A DNA stretch of 64,000 nucleotides from Nitrosopumilaceae archaeon (GCA_965200155.1 CBDATR010000024.1:160001-224000); one strand, 5' to 3'. Positions 10,588-26,600 are shown, numbered from the stretch's first letter. The notes: generated by a model not told the origin, from the sequence alone. Numbers and translations are program-made.

Positions 10588-11517
10588 TCAATAGTGCGAA
10601 AAGTAAGTCCGCTTAGGATCCGGCGTACAGTAGTTCAGATTGCACAAGCCATATGGTAAAGAGAATAACAGAGGAATCAAGACAAGAGGCGTTGTCACAA
10701 CCAACATAGCTCAAGACCTGAAACAAGACACGTACGAAGATTGTGAACCAGAGAACGAGAACGACTCGAGTAAAGATGGGCAGGCCCATGATACCAATCA
10801 CCGCCACCCAGATACGAATGGTAACTGAAGCATACAGCAAGGATCCCGCCGGAGTAGTACGTATTGCAAAGAGACTGAGACAGAATTACAATATATCGCG
10901 CAGTATATCACATAATGAAAAAGAACGGCACGACAGTCTCATCACCTGCAAAGTCAGAGTGGGTACGCTATGAGCGTAAATATTCCAATGCAATGTGGCA
11001 TTGGCATGTCATGAAAGATGAGCGCTTCAGGGGGACTGAATCTCATAGATGATGCATCCAGGTGTATAGTCGGAGCGGCACTATTTGAGCATGCAACCTC
11101 AGAGAACGCCGTTCTATTACTGAGACTGGCAATGAAACGATTCGGCGCCCCAGCATCTCGGATAACGGCGCGTGTTTCGTAGGACAATAAAAGGGCAAAA
11201 AGAACTGGAAACCCACTATTCTAGGAAGAACTGCTGGATCAATACATCATACTAATCAATTCCAGGCCATACCACCCGCAGACAAATGTCAAACTGGAGC
11301 GCTTCCATGGAATGATTGAGGACGAGATATGGTATTATGACAGTCTCCGGGATTATGTAGACTACTACAATGAGAGAAGATTGCACTTCTCACTGGATAG
11401 ATAACGGCGAAACACCACTCCAGGAATAAAAAGGCGACCCAGACAATTAGGGCAAATGATGCAAAATGGATGGAGCGGGATGCCAATGACTAGCGGACCG
11501 ACTTTTCATACATTACA
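10588..11517 (+). mobile_element. IS481-family element, copy 1 (pseudogenised)
   Basis: VRYERKYSNAMWH, IDDASR, SDNGACF, RPYHPQT..KLERFH in broken frames; imperfect TIR ending TTACA; 16-bp flanking duplication ATTAAGAGGTTTATGC. Confidence 0.88.
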
Positions 11518-11681
11518 ATTAAGAGGTTTATGCCAACCCTCCAAGCGTCAGAGCATGGCACATAAACCAAGTGAGATCACCCGTGGTTACAGGGTGGTTA
11601 ACATGAACCCATACCCGGAGGTTACCGGCCATAATGAAATGCTCAAGAACTGTATAAATGCAAAGAGTGCACTTACTGAGC

Positions 11682-12071
11682 ATGGTGAGCCAATACACCA
11701 TAATCTTGGGCGTTATCGTGGGCATCATTGGCATTATGGCTGCAATATACGGGCTGGACGTACTCAAGATGTCGGTCTCCGTCCAAGATTATGACATATT
11801 TGTGGATCCAATAATAGATAAGCAGAATCTCTTTATCACCGCCCGCGTTACCATACAAAATACCGGTAGCCAACCGCTCACGAATCTACGGGTAAACTTT
11901 GGGGATGGAGATACACTGGACCTGGAACTTTTAACCCCCGGCCAAAAGATCATAGTCTCGCCACCTCATGACAACTCAATGCAGTTTGTGCAGGTATATG
12001 GCGACAACAACATATTCGTGAGTAAGGAGTATCGAGAGCCACCCAAGATGGTGGGAATGATGGGATCCTAA
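11682..12071 (+). CDS. Membrane-anchored Ig-like (CARDB-like) hypothetical protein
   Basis: N-terminal TM helix, VTIQNTGSQPLTNL..LTPGQ; start at MVSQY. Confidence 0.7.
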   Translation: MVSQYTIILGVIVGIIGIMAAIYGLDVLKMSVSVQDYDIFVDPIIDKQNLFITARVTIQNTGSQPLTNLRVNFGDGDTLDLELLTPGQKIIVSPPHDNSMQFVQVYGDNNIFVSKEYREPPKMVGMMGS

Positions 12072-12108
12072 ATGCGCGCCCTTAAATGAGCGCCCATCAG
12101 AGTATGAA

Positions 12109-12936
12109 TTGTTGAAGTTTCTAGGATCAGGCAAGGTCAAGGATGTGTATGATGCAGGTGACGGGCTGTTGCTGTTTCGATTCTCCGACAGGGTGTCAGC
12201 GTATGATGTGCAATTCTCCGACACCATACCCAGAAAGGGCGAGGTATTGTGCAAATTTGCCCAATTCTGGTTTGAGAGTTTGGACGTATACAGCCACTTT
12301 GTAAGACGCGTCTCAGATACAGAGATTCTGGTAAGACGTATGGATATGATACCCATGGAGTGCGTCGTTCGCGGATACCTTTATGGCAGCGCAACCGAGA
12401 GATTTCGAAAGAACCAGCTTGTCCTGCCCAATGGTACCCGGGATGTGCTAGCGGCCCGACTGTCGCGACCGGTATTTGATCCTACCACCAAGGCAAAGCA
12501 GGATATTCCCATAAACAAAGACGAGGCAATAAGGAGAGGTCTGCTAACGGCCCCGGTGTATGATCGGCTGGAAGATACATCCATATCATTATACAATACC
12601 ATGTACGATAGGGTAGGAGATGCAGGGTTCCTCCTGGCAGATTTGAAGCTGGAGTTTGGTATGCTGGACGGGAAGATATGCCTAGGCGACTCCATAGGCC
12701 CGGACGAATATCGCATGTGGCGTCAGGACCAGTACTCAGAAGGCAGGTCACAGAATGCATATGACAAGCAGATACTGCGAGATTGGCTTTCGGATAATGG
12801 TTGGGTAGAGAGGTTCAAGGAAGACAGAATAGTAGGCAGAAGTCCCAGCCCGCCACGCATACCTAGTCACATCAGGGACAGTATAACCGCCCGCTATGTA
12901 GAGTCTTATGAGAGTATCACTGGGATTTCGCTCTAG
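12109..12936 (+). CDS. purC: SAICAR synthetase
   Basis: GKVKDVY, SDRVSAYD, ECVVRGYLYGS, DLKLEFG, DKQILRDWL. Confidence 0.96.
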   Translation: MLKFLGSGKVKDVYDAGDGLLLFRFSDRVSAYDVQFSDTIPRKGEVLCKFAQFWFESLDVYSHFVRRVSDTEILVRRMDMIPMECVVRGYLYGSATERFRKNQLVLPNGTRDVLAARLSRPVFDPTTKAKQDIPINKDEAIRRGLLTAPVYDRLEDTSISLYNTMYDRVGDAGFLLADLKLEFGMLDGKICLGDSIGPDEYRMWRQDQYSEGRSQNAYDKQILRDWLSDNGWVERFKEDRIVGRSPSPPRIPSHIRDSITARYVESYESITGISL

Positions 12937-13207
12937 TCCGAGTCCTTTTTGTAGCGGACCGTTTGGAACTCTCTTTTCGTACCCGGGTCATGACGTCTTC
13001 GTATAATATTTCATGCATCCACTGTGTTATCTCACCCCACAGCGCCCCCAGCGTAGCCTCGTCAGTCCACACAACACTTGTCTTGACTGCGTTTAGTGCC
13101 AGAATGTTCTTGGAGTTGGCATTACCATCCTTGGACCATTTTGCCAGTGTCCGATCACAGAACTCCAGAATGTCACTCTTGCTGGGTGTCAGATCATTTT
13201 CACTCAC
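12917..13207 (-). CDS. Hypothetical protein
   Basis: 96-aa ORF convergent with purC, protein-like composition. Confidence 0.55.
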   Translation of the reverse strand: MSENDLTPSKSDILEFCDRTLAKWSKDGNANSKNILALNAVKTSVVWTDEATLGALWGEITQWMHEILYEDVMTRVRKESSKRSATKRTRTRAKSQ

Positions 13208-13413
13208 TGCTTACCAACCTCACGGTATTTCCATGCGTAGTGCTCAATAAATACGGATATGTAAGGCACACAGCAGTCGTTTAGGTCTGGTAATTGAGAC
13301 CCACCAAATGGCAAATCCGGGCACGAATCTGCCCGGTTCATATATGCCAGTGTCAATGTGGAGTGAAATATGACATGGGCCGGTTGCCCAGAACAGGGTT
13401 TGGCTACATCCCT

Positions 13414-14244
13414 GTATGAGTTCACGTGTTTTGATCATTCACTAAGATGTATGGATTGGTATGACAATATTTGTATGAGTTCACCTGTGTCTAAATTTAC
13501 GCATAACTGATCGCGACAGTTAATGTGATTTGTGCATAATATTCCGGAAGACGTGAACTCATACGGCGGGTAGGCGTGGCTGGATATGGGGGATGCGGGC
13601 CGAAGAGTGGATGATATACAAAAGTAGGAGTTCATATGTAGTGGACAAATACCTGAACGGTTACCAGGGCGCGATAGTCACAGACAGGTACGCCGTGTGT
13701 TACCGGTTTGATGACGGTGGGAAGCACCAGTTGTGTTGGGCGCATTTATTGCGCGATACCAGTATATTACATGCAGGATTCTATATCGATCCCGGTGATC
13801 AGGACGCCCGGATCAAACTTGACAACGATTTGATCCGGAGCGCACGTGAATCGCTACGTGCCGTCCGCGCAATTACGACACTCATTTGAGGCAGGAGCAG
13901 ATGCATCAGTATTGTGATGTTGATGATACTGAACTGCAAAAGAAGGTAAAAGGATTGAATAAGGCCATACCAGGCATGTTCGTATTCTTAGAATATGACA
14001 GTGTGGAGCCGACCAACAATCCAGCGGAGCAGTGGAACCGGTTCTGATACGCAGTGGTATTCCGCAAGATTAGTGGTCAGATAAAGGGTGGTGAAAGGGC
14101 CATGCGCCGCATGTCCATATGTGTTCAGACATGGAGGGCTCAGGGCCTTTCTGTAATGAACGAGGTTGCTGCCAGCATGCAATTATAATTAAAAAACTGG
14201 GATGCATTCTATCTTATTATGTGATCAAAACACGTGAACTCATA
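13414..14244 (+). mobile_element. IS66-family element, internally deleted, both ends present
   Basis: Left end GTATGAGTTCACGTGTTTTGATCA, right end TGATCAAAACACGTGAACTCATAC, CWAHLLRD motif. Confidence 0.9.
13473..13564 (-). mobile_element. MITE at deletion junction within IS66
   Basis: Full TIRs, non-matching flanks; N-terminal transposase region missing. Confidence 0.93.
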
Positions 14245-14542
14245 CTATTCTATATGTCTCACTGAAAACGTCACTCAACATCGTTAGATACTCTTGCAGG
14301 ATCATGTCATCATCATAGTCCTTGCCGACATTGTATGGTGGCGATGTCACCATCAAATGAACGCATGAATCCGGTATCATTCCCAGACTTGTACCGGAAT
14401 GGTTCAGTATGGTATTGCGGTATGAACAGATATCATTCTCATGCTCTAATGGGTTGGTTTCCATGTTTCTGAACATCTTTCGGGAATAGAAATCACTGGC
14501 ATCATGATTAACACGGTTCGTGCCACCGATATGTGATGCCAA
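14240..14542 (-). pseudogene. 5' fragment of an N4/N6 DNA methyltransferase (beta class)
   Basis: IPDSCVHLMVTSPPYNVGKDY motif IV; truncated by the IS66 right end. Confidence 0.85.
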
Positions 14543-14582
14543 TTTATGATATCAGTTTGGGCATGTTTTTTAATCTATAACA

Positions 14583-15671
14583 GTGAGTTCACATGTTTTG
14601 ATCATAAGAAACAGTGTATTGGCTTGGTGTAATGCATTCTATTAAAGACCCTGGTTCTTCCATGTCTGGACTGACATGCGGCGCATTACTATCTGGCCAG
14701 GAATCATTCCCGGAAGAGTATCAGAACCGGTTCCACTGCTCTATTGGTGGGCTCCACATATAGAAATACTAACATGCCCGGTATGACCTTATTCAGTCCT
14801 TTTACCTTCTTTTGCAGTTCAGTATCATTAATGTAGAATGGATTCTGCTCTTACCCCAATTTGCGCGGAAGGTTAGCAGTGATTCCGGTTTACGTCGTTG
14901 TCAAGTTTGATCCGTGTGTCCTGATCACCGGGATCAATATAGAATCCTGTATGTATCGCGCAAATGCGCCCAGCTGGTGCTTCCCACCGTCATCAAACCG
15001 GCAGTACTCCCTGGTAGCCGTCCAGGTATTTATCCACCTTACTGCTTTTGTATGACATCATCCCCGCCATTTCGATCACATGATTCCCTGTAACATGTTT
15101 ACCGCACTCAATATTGGAATCATTCCCACACGTAACACATCCCAAATCTTTGGAACGCCCACGGCTGGTTCTTTGCCGCATATCGGTCTCTATTCTGGCT
15201 GGATTGTTGTTTCCAATCATTCCTGTACTAGATTGGGATTGTGGGGACCAGATACGCGCGAGGCCTTTCTGACTGACTTTCGCTTCATGTAATGGAAGAT
15301 AGTGAGCATTCTCAATATTTGTGATTCCCGCAATTTCTTCTGTTCTTCCAATCTCTCTTCCAATTCACTTATATATTTTTTAATATTTTGAAAATCTTGT
15401 ACATAATTTTGCATTTTTTCTATGGTATGTAATATATCTGCTTCCAATAATCTCACACGTTCCTCGTAATGTGCAATATCTTTCTTGTAATCCTCAAGAT
15501 CTTTCTTGGTAGACGCAAGATCTTTCTTGGTAGACGCAAGGATATCCTGAAGAAGCTTATTTCTCAGTTCCAATTCCCTATAGGTCCGGCGTCTGCCCAT
15601 TCTGTTCTTATTGTAAATTTGGTATTTAAATAAAATATTGTCATACCACGTCAAAACACATGAACTCATAC
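14583..15671 (-). mobile_element. IS66-family element, heavily decayed, inverted copy
   Basis: Coiled-coil N-terminus MGRRRTYRELEL (with 21-bp tandem LASTKKD x2) homologous to 29542; ends similar to 13414/14244. Confidence 0.85.
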
Positions 15672-15746
15672 ACATCCCTGTCTGAACTACTGGAACCCTA
15701 TACAATGAAAGTGGGTGTGGGACTTTTGTCACAAGGGTAGTAATTG

Positions 15747-15838
15747 GTATGAGTTCACCTGTGTCTAAATTTACGCATAACTGATCGCGACAGTTAATGT
15801 GATTTGTGTATAAGATTCCGGAAGGCGTGAACTCATAC
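15747..15838 (-). mobile_element. MITE
   Basis: Full TIRs; abuts IS5 fragment. Confidence 0.93.
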
Positions 15839-16053
15839 CCTTGGTGAGTTCTTCTACTTTTAGCATACCTGGTACTACAAAATTAGATCTTAACTTTTCT
15901 GTTTCACACGAGTCTGTGTTGGAAAACCCATGATGCTAGGTCAATTGCTCATATCTAACAACTTGGTTTAGATGTGCAGGGTGGGAGAAGTGATTCTGCG
16001 CATACAGTCTAATGTGATTTGTGCATAAGATTCCGGAAGACGTGAACTCATAC
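15839..16053 (-). mobile_element. IS5 (ISL2-like) left-end fragment joined to a half MITE
   Basis: Reverse complement of ~27736-27902, then MITE half 16010-16053. Confidence 0.85.
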
Positions 16054-16171
16054 GGTAATTGTGGTATTCCGGGAGCGACCAGTGTGCGCCCCCAGGATGT
16101 AATGCGGTCCATGCAGGCAAGGACTGGAATGTCAATCATAGCAAATCAGGATTTTATACCATTCATATGCC

Positions 16172-17236
16172 ATGGCATGTGTGGGCCTGAAACGATATGT
16201 CATATCCAGAGTGGCAACGCTGTTTGGTGTATTACTGGTTACCCTCCTGCTTACCATTGCGCTTGTGGGCTCCAACATGGACATAATTCTCAAGCAGGGA
16301 GTAGCCATACAGATCAGGCAGGAGATGGCACAGATACCGGAACTGGCTCAGAGATTTGATACTGTTGAGTCTTTTGAGACCTATGTGCAATCGGTGATTG
16401 ATCAGCGCATTGTCCAGATGGGCCTGGACGAGCCATGGTACTCGCCTCAGCGAATAGGGCTCTCCATGTACAAGATATTAGTACTGGACTTTGGACACGC
16501 GTCATTTCTTACCAGTGATGCGGGCTCCACCAATGTGGCCGACATAATATACGAGAAGATGCCCAGGACCATACTACTGTTTACCACTGCTACGGTGATT
16601 ATCTCGGTGATAGGCATATTCTTGGGAGCTCTCTCTGGAAGCAGGGTGGGATCCATACTGGACAGGATCACGTCCACCTTTGCGGTCATAAGCTCTAGTT
16701 TTCCGGTGTGGTGGGTCGGGATGCTACTCATAGTACTGTTTGCGTTTACCTGGCAGATATTTCCGGCTAGGGCCACCCCGCCCATACCCGCGGATGATCC
16801 CAATTACATACCGGCTCTCATATATCACATGACACTACCGCTGATCACCATAGTTTTAATCGGGTTTGGTGCTTGGGCGTATCTGGTGCGCAACTTTATG
16901 GTAGGCGTACTGCAGGATGACTTTATCTTTGCCAAGAAGGCAATGGGCATACCAAAGCGCCGGATAATATACAAACATGCCCTCAAGAATACGGCGCCGC
17001 CCATAATTACAGTTCTGGCGCTCAGTCTGTCAGGGTCACTGGGGGGAGCCATAATCACTGAGGCGGTATTTGACTGGCCGGGCATGGGAAGACTGTATTA
17101 CGAGGCCATTACAGTCATGGACCTGCCAGTCATAATAGGTTCCACATATGTGCTTACGGCATTCTTTCTTGCCAGCATATTTGTGGCAGACATATTGTAC
17201 GGATACTTTGATCCCAGAGTAAGGACAGGAACATGA
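16172..17236 (+). CDS. Peptide/nickel ABC transporter permease (OppB/DppB family)
   Basis: DFGHA, PRTILL, AKAMG..IIYKHALKN, GGAIITEAVFDWPGMG. Confidence 0.93.
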   Translation: MACVGLKRYVISRVATLFGVLLVTLLLTIALVGSNMDIILKQGVAIQIRQEMAQIPELAQRFDTVESFETYVQSVIDQRIVQMGLDEPWYSPQRIGLSMYKILVLDFGHASFLTSDAGSTNVADIIYEKMPRTILLFTTATVIISVIGIFLGALSGSRVGSILDRITSTFAVISSSFPVWWVGMLLIVLFAFTWQIFPARATPPIPADDPNYIPALIYHMTLPLITIVLIGFGAWAYLVRNFMVGVLQDDFIFAKKAMGIPKRRIIYKHALKNTAPPIITVLALSLSGSLGGAIITEAVFDWPGMGRLYYEAITVMDLPVIIGSTYVLTAFFLASIFVADILYGYFDPRVRTGT

Positions 17237-18591
17237 GTAGTGTATCCACGCCGGAAATATGGAGGGAGTTCATATCCAGCCGAACGGGTATAGTGGGTTT
17301 GGTGGTGCTGTCAGGACTGGTACTTATGTCCATACTTACCGTAGCAACGGTTCCGCTGGAGACATTTCAGAAATGGAGCAACCCAAACAGCTGGTTGCAG
17401 TATCCCAAGACCGCGATGCCCGCATGGATAAACCTGTTTCTGACGGAGAATATACCGGAGCACATGATAATGGACAATCCCCTTTCAAGTACGGATGCAC
17501 TGGGAGACATAACCCTGTACCAGGATACATTCGTATTTGACTACATGTATGACTACTTTCCCGGGGGTTTCATGTATGATCATACCATCCAGTATACTGG
17601 CGCACCACTGCTCAGTATGGTAGTATACAGACCTGACGGCATGGAGATGGAACTACTCTCAAGGCCACTCCCGGTGGGCGGAGGCACACACTCGGACAGG
17701 ATATTCTCCGCGGATGCCGCCATACACAAGAATTTGGAGCTAATGGGTGGGTTTGATTTTGACATAAGAGGACTGCCCTCAGAATCCATAGTATTCTCAG
17801 AGACTCAATCCAACATGCCCCTAAAAGGCCAATATACCTTTGTTGTTAGCGTGTACGGGAATAAGCCTGACATTACCCTGCATAACTCCACGCTGATAAT
17901 TGATGGCAAAGTCTTCGGTGTCATGGGGACCGATGAGCTGCGGAGAGACTTGATAGTAGGATTGTTGTGGGGTACACCGCTGGCACTGTTTATTGGCTTG
18001 GCCGTGGCCATGGGCTCGGTAATAGCCGGTATGGTGTACGGTGTATATGCAGGATACAGGGGCAAGCTTACCGACGAGTCCATGATGAGATTTAATGATA
18101 TAGTGTATGCCTTGCCAGCCCTACCCTTCCTTATCATACTGGCAGTTACAATAAGTAACAGCATATTCCTGATGATTGGATTTCTCATGTTATTTGGATG
18201 GGTCGGCATAGCCAAGGTGTCACGAAGCATGGCACTGCAGATAAAGACCAAGGGATACGTGGAAGCGGCCCAGATGATGGGGCAGCGCCAGCATGTGATT
18301 ATATTTCGACACATAATACCGCAACTTCTCCCCTATGCCTTTGCCAGTATAGCCATATCCGTACCCGCTGCCATTACCACCGAGGCAGGGCTAAGTTTTC
18401 TTGGGCTGGGCGATCCATCATTTCCCACATGGGGAAACATATTGTATGATGCCAACATATTTGGTGCCGCGGCGCGCGGGCTGTGGTGGTGGATAGTGCC
18501 TCCGGGCATGATGATAGCCCTGACTGGACTTGCCTTTGTGTTTATAGGAAATGCACTAGATGCCATCGTGAATCCTCGACTCAGAAGATAG
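17233..18591 (+). CDS. Peptide/nickel ABC transporter permease (OppC/DppC family) with large extracellular loop
   Basis: MGTDELRRD, YVEAAQMMG..IIFRHIIP, EAGLSFLGLG, PTWG. Confidence 0.93.
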   Translation: MSSVSTPEIWREFISSRTGIVGLVVLSGLVLMSILTVATVPLETFQKWSNPNSWLQYPKTAMPAWINLFLTENIPEHMIMDNPLSSTDALGDITLYQDTFVFDYMYDYFPGGFMYDHTIQYTGAPLLSMVVYRPDGMEMELLSRPLPVGGGTHSDRIFSADAAIHKNLELMGGFDFDIRGLPSESIVFSETQSNMPLKGQYTFVVSVYGNKPDITLHNSTLIIDGKVFGVMGTDELRRDLIVGLLWGTPLALFIGLAVAMGSVIAGMVYGVYAGYRGKLTDESMMRFNDIVYALPALPFLIILAVTISNSIFLMIGFLMLFGWVGIAKVSRSMALQIKTKGYVEAAQMMGQRQHVIIFRHIIPQLLPYAFASIAISVPAAITTEAGLSFLGLGDPSFPTWGNILYDANIFGAAARGLWWWIVPPGMMIALTGLAFVFIGNALDAIVNPRLRR

Positions 18592-18656
18592 GATGCAGAT
18601 TTTACGCCAAGCCACAATGGAGCATGTAAAAAGATTAATCATTGATATCACCGTAC

Positions 18657-19703
18657 TCAATAGTACGAAAAGTAAGTCCGCTTAGGATCCGGCGTACAGT
18701 AGTCCAGATTGCACAAGCCAGATGGTAAAGAGAATAACAGAGGAATCAAGACAAAAGAGGCGTTGCCGCCACCAAAATAGCTCAAGACCTGAAACAAGAC
18801 ACGTACGAAGATTGTGAACCAGAGAACGGGAACGACTCGAGTAAAGATGGACAGTCCATGATACCAATCACCGCCACCCAGACACGAATGGTAACTGAAG
18901 CATACAGCAAGAATCCCGCCGGAGTAGTACGTATTGCAAAGAGGCTTAGACAGAATTACAATATACCGCATAATGAAAAAGAACGGTACGGCAGGATCAT
19001 CACCTGCAAAGTCAGAGTGGGTACGCTATGAGCGTAAATATTCCAATGCAATGTGGCACTGGCATGTCATGAAAGATGAGCGCTTCAGGGGACTGAATCT
19101 CATAGATGATGCATCCAGGTGTATAGTCGGGGCGGCACTATTTGAGCATGCAACCTCAGAGAACGCCGTTCTATGTATGAGTTCACGTCTTCCGGAATCT
19201 TATGCACAAATCACATTAACTGTCGCGATCAGTTATGCGTAAATTTAGACACAGGTGAACTCATAGCGTTCTATTACTGAGACTGGCAATGAAACGATTC
19301 GGCGCCCCTGCATCTCGGATAACGGCGCGTGTTTCGTAGGACAATAAAAGGGCAAGAAAAGCTGGAAACCCACTATTCTAGGAAGAACTGCTGGATCAAG
19401 ACATCATACTAATCAATTCCAGGCCATACCACCCGCAGACAAATGGCAAACTGGAGCGCTTCCATGGAATGATTGAGGACGAGGGGACTCTTATTTAAGA
19501 GTCCAATGAGATATGGCATTATGACAGTCTCCGGGATTATGTGGACTACTACAATGAGAGAAGGTTGCACTTCTCACTGGATATAGATAACGGCGAAACA
19601 CCACTCCAGGAATAAAAAGGCGACCTAGACAATTAGGGCAAATGATGCAAAATGGATGGAGCGGGATGCCAATGACTAGCGGACCGACTTTTCATACATT
19701 ACA
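18657..19703 (+). mobile_element. IS481-family element, copy 2
   Basis: Near-identical to copy 1; carries MITE and 27-bp hairpin insert. Confidence 0.88.
19175..19266 (+). mobile_element. MITE inserted in IS481
   Basis: 8-bp TSD CGTTCTAT. Confidence 0.95.
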
Positions 19704-19756
19704 ACTGTGTTCAAAATATCATAAGACTTATACGTATAACACAGACTCTTGGTATT

Positions 19757-20071
19757 ATGATTAACCTCAAGATGTATTTTATTATTTTGGGGTGCTCACT
19801 AGCTCTTAGTATTGGTTTGCAGATGATACTACCCTTCCCGTATGGGTTGGGGGTAACGCTGGCCATATTTGTATTGGTTCCCATACTGCTTCAGCGAAGG
19901 TTTAATCGTATGGGTGCCAGATCACCGGGTGCAAGAGGTGGACTCTTTGGAATGGGCCGCTCTCGCATGGGTTCCCCAGAAGTAACATACTCCTGTCTGG
20001 TATGTAACAACAAGTACAAGGGCGGTTCATGTCCTCGTTGTGGTTCAAAGATGAAACGGGCTGACTTTTAG
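19757..20071 (+). CDS. Membrane protein with C-terminal zinc ribbon
   Basis: Two TM helices, CLVC..CPRCGSKMK. Confidence 0.8.
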   Translation: MINLKMYFIILGCSLALSIGLQMILPFPYGLGVTLAIFVLVPILLQRRFNRMGARSPGARGGLFGMGRSRMGSPEVTYSCLVCNNKYKGGSCPRCGSKMKRADF

Positions 20072-20075
20072 CGAC

Positions 20076-20396
20076 ATGACACTCGAAGATTTACGACGAC
20101 AGGTGATGTTTCACAATTCCATAGATGTTTGGATAGAATATTGTAATGAGGAATCTATACCGTGGAATGATCCACAAGAGTATGGTAAGTTCATTGCATA
20201 CCTGCTAAAGAATAACATGAACCTAAAGGCGTTCAATCTTTGTGCACATGAGGCAGGAGATACACAGATAGAGAAGAAGGAGTTTGCCGAGAGACTGGCA
20301 AATCTCAAGGTAAGCGACCGCAAGTATGCAACATATACCATACGTCTTGGCACGCCAGCCATAGGGATGATACGGGCGTATGATAAGAGCGACTAG
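20076..20396 (+). CDS. Conserved hypothetical protein
   Basis: 106-aa ORF 4 bp after the upstream gene. Confidence 0.7.
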   Translation: MTLEDLRRQVMFHNSIDVWIEYCNEESIPWNDPQEYGKFIAYLLKNNMNLKAFNLCAHEAGDTQIEKKEFAERLANLKVSDRKYATYTIRLGTPAIGMIRAYDKSD

Positions 20397-20414
20397 CAAG
20401 TATGCAACAGGGCG

Positions 20415-20864
20415 CTAGTCCTCAATTGTCAAATCTATTTGGCGGCCTTGACTGTCCCATGCGAAGAGATCTTTCTCACTATATGGCCACTTAATTATAA
20501 GTGAGGCCAGACCAAAAAAATTATTCAAATCTGTCACAGAGGGTTCCGCAGAACCGCTAGGGTGGGAATGCACCGTACCCACATAGCTCATGTCAAACGG
20601 CAAGAATGAATGTGGAAATCCAGCAAATGTTGGACCCGAGTGACTAAAGGGCGGGATTACAAGACCGTCTACGCTGACGATACCGCTCTTCGACTTACCC
20701 TTGAGTATTAGAATGGCCTCATTGGGATGGCGCATTTTACAGTATGAAATAATGCCATCCATCGCGTCTTTGTGGACTGTTACGTGACGGCGAATAACTT
20801 TTTTTTTGAACAGCACGGAAGTACATGTTATGTGGTTATATTGAAGTGTTCCTTTGCAGAACAC
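20415..20864 (-). CDS. JAMM/MPN+ metalloprotease
   Basis: HPNE and GTVHSHPSGSAEPSVTD (E..HxH..S..D). Confidence 0.92.
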   Translation of the reverse strand: MFCKGTLQYNHITCTSVLFKKKVIRRHVTVHKDAMDGIISYCKMRHPNEAILILKGKSKSGIVSVDGLVIPPFSHSGPTFAGFPHSFLPFDMSYVGTVHSHPSGSAEPSVTDLNNFFGLASLIIKWPYSEKDLFAWDSQGRQIDLTIED

Positions 20865-21284
20865 ACCAAGGCAAACAAGATATCACAAAATACAGGATAA
20901 GATTGTGTATCATTAATGAATCATTAATTCCCGTATTGATGCCAAAGGTGCAAAATTTGCAATACGCGGAATGCTAGAATTTACTCAATCAACTGCAGGG
21001 TCATACAATAAGTACATAATCGCTTAGTCCACCTCAAGTAACTTTTTCTTCAGTCATGCACTTGTGTTGCAGTATGTTGGCAGACGACGGGCCATTCCAG
21101 CATATTGCAGAAGTAAATTCAGTGTGCCCAAACTTGGTACACATTCTATGGCATGAACACACCGCAATCTGGAGCATGGATGAATCATGGTCGTGTATAA
21201 GATTGTGGTCATGCAGGGGTGCGCAAACTCCCCCACATGATCACAAAAAATGTGATAGTCGCACATGGTCTCTATGTATGTGGC

Positions 21285-24285
<3,001 letters not shown>

Positions 24286-24431
24286 TCAGCCACGTATTAC
24301 ACGACCATGCACGACGATCACTACGACCAACCCGGGCTAGGGGGCCGCTACGTCCTTCATACACCACTTTCATGATGTACTGCATCTTGTTTGATGCTAA
24401 ACTACGTGTGCATCCGCCAATATCCGTTTTT

Positions 24432-25903
<1,472 letters not shown>

Positions 25904-26094
25904 CATGATTTACAGTTACGCACTGTATAGTTATTGGAATTGTCGGATGCACACGTAATCTTCACATCTCAGACTCGATTGAATCAAGTCCTCATACTGT
26001 TTGCGAAACTGGAGGCCCACAACTCACTGTGTGGCATACTGCCACTACTCATTGTAGGCGCCGCTACTACGTTTCGTAAAAATAATTGGTCTTT

Positions 26095-26120
26095 GAAAAC
26101 CATATAAACCATACGTTTTT
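26095..26120 (-). promoter_or_regulatory. Putative rRNA operon BRE/TATA promoter
   Basis: TTTATATG on the minus strand with purine-rich upstream sequence, ~200 nt before the 16S. Confidence 0.5.
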
Positions 26121-26302
26121 TATTTTTGACGCCATATTAGAGCATGGATAAACGCACATTGTGTTTGTTGCATGTATACTTAATAGATAGATTGCCAAAT
26201 TGGTTAAATACAGTATTTGATAAGACAAACTATCAGATATTACACAGTTTAACTATGTATTTGATTTACGATGACCTAACTACAGAGCATAGGTTGTAGT
26301 TT

Positions 26303-26394
26303 GTATGAGTTCACGTCTTCCGGAATCTTATGCACAAATCACATTAACTGTAGCGATCAGTTATGCGTAAATTTAGACACAGGTGAACTCATAC
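26303..26394 (+). mobile_element. MITE
   Basis: 8-bp TSD TGTAGTTT. Confidence 0.95.
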
Positions 26395-26486
26395 TGTAGT
26401 TTTGATGGTAGCTGTTAATAATAAATTATAATGTTAAATTTACACCAAAACCTCGATTTGTGATTAAATACCATATGTACAAATTT

Positions 26487-26600
26487 GTATGAGTTCACGT
26501 CTTCCGGAGTATGAGTTCACGTCTTCCGGAATCTTGTGCACAAATCACATTAACTGTAGCGATCAGTTGTGCGTAAATTTAGACACAGATGAACTCATAC
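26487..26600 (+). mobile_element. MITE with tandemly duplicated 22-bp left end
   Basis: GTATGAGTTCACGTCTTCCGGA twice; outer TSD ACAAATTT. Confidence 0.93.
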
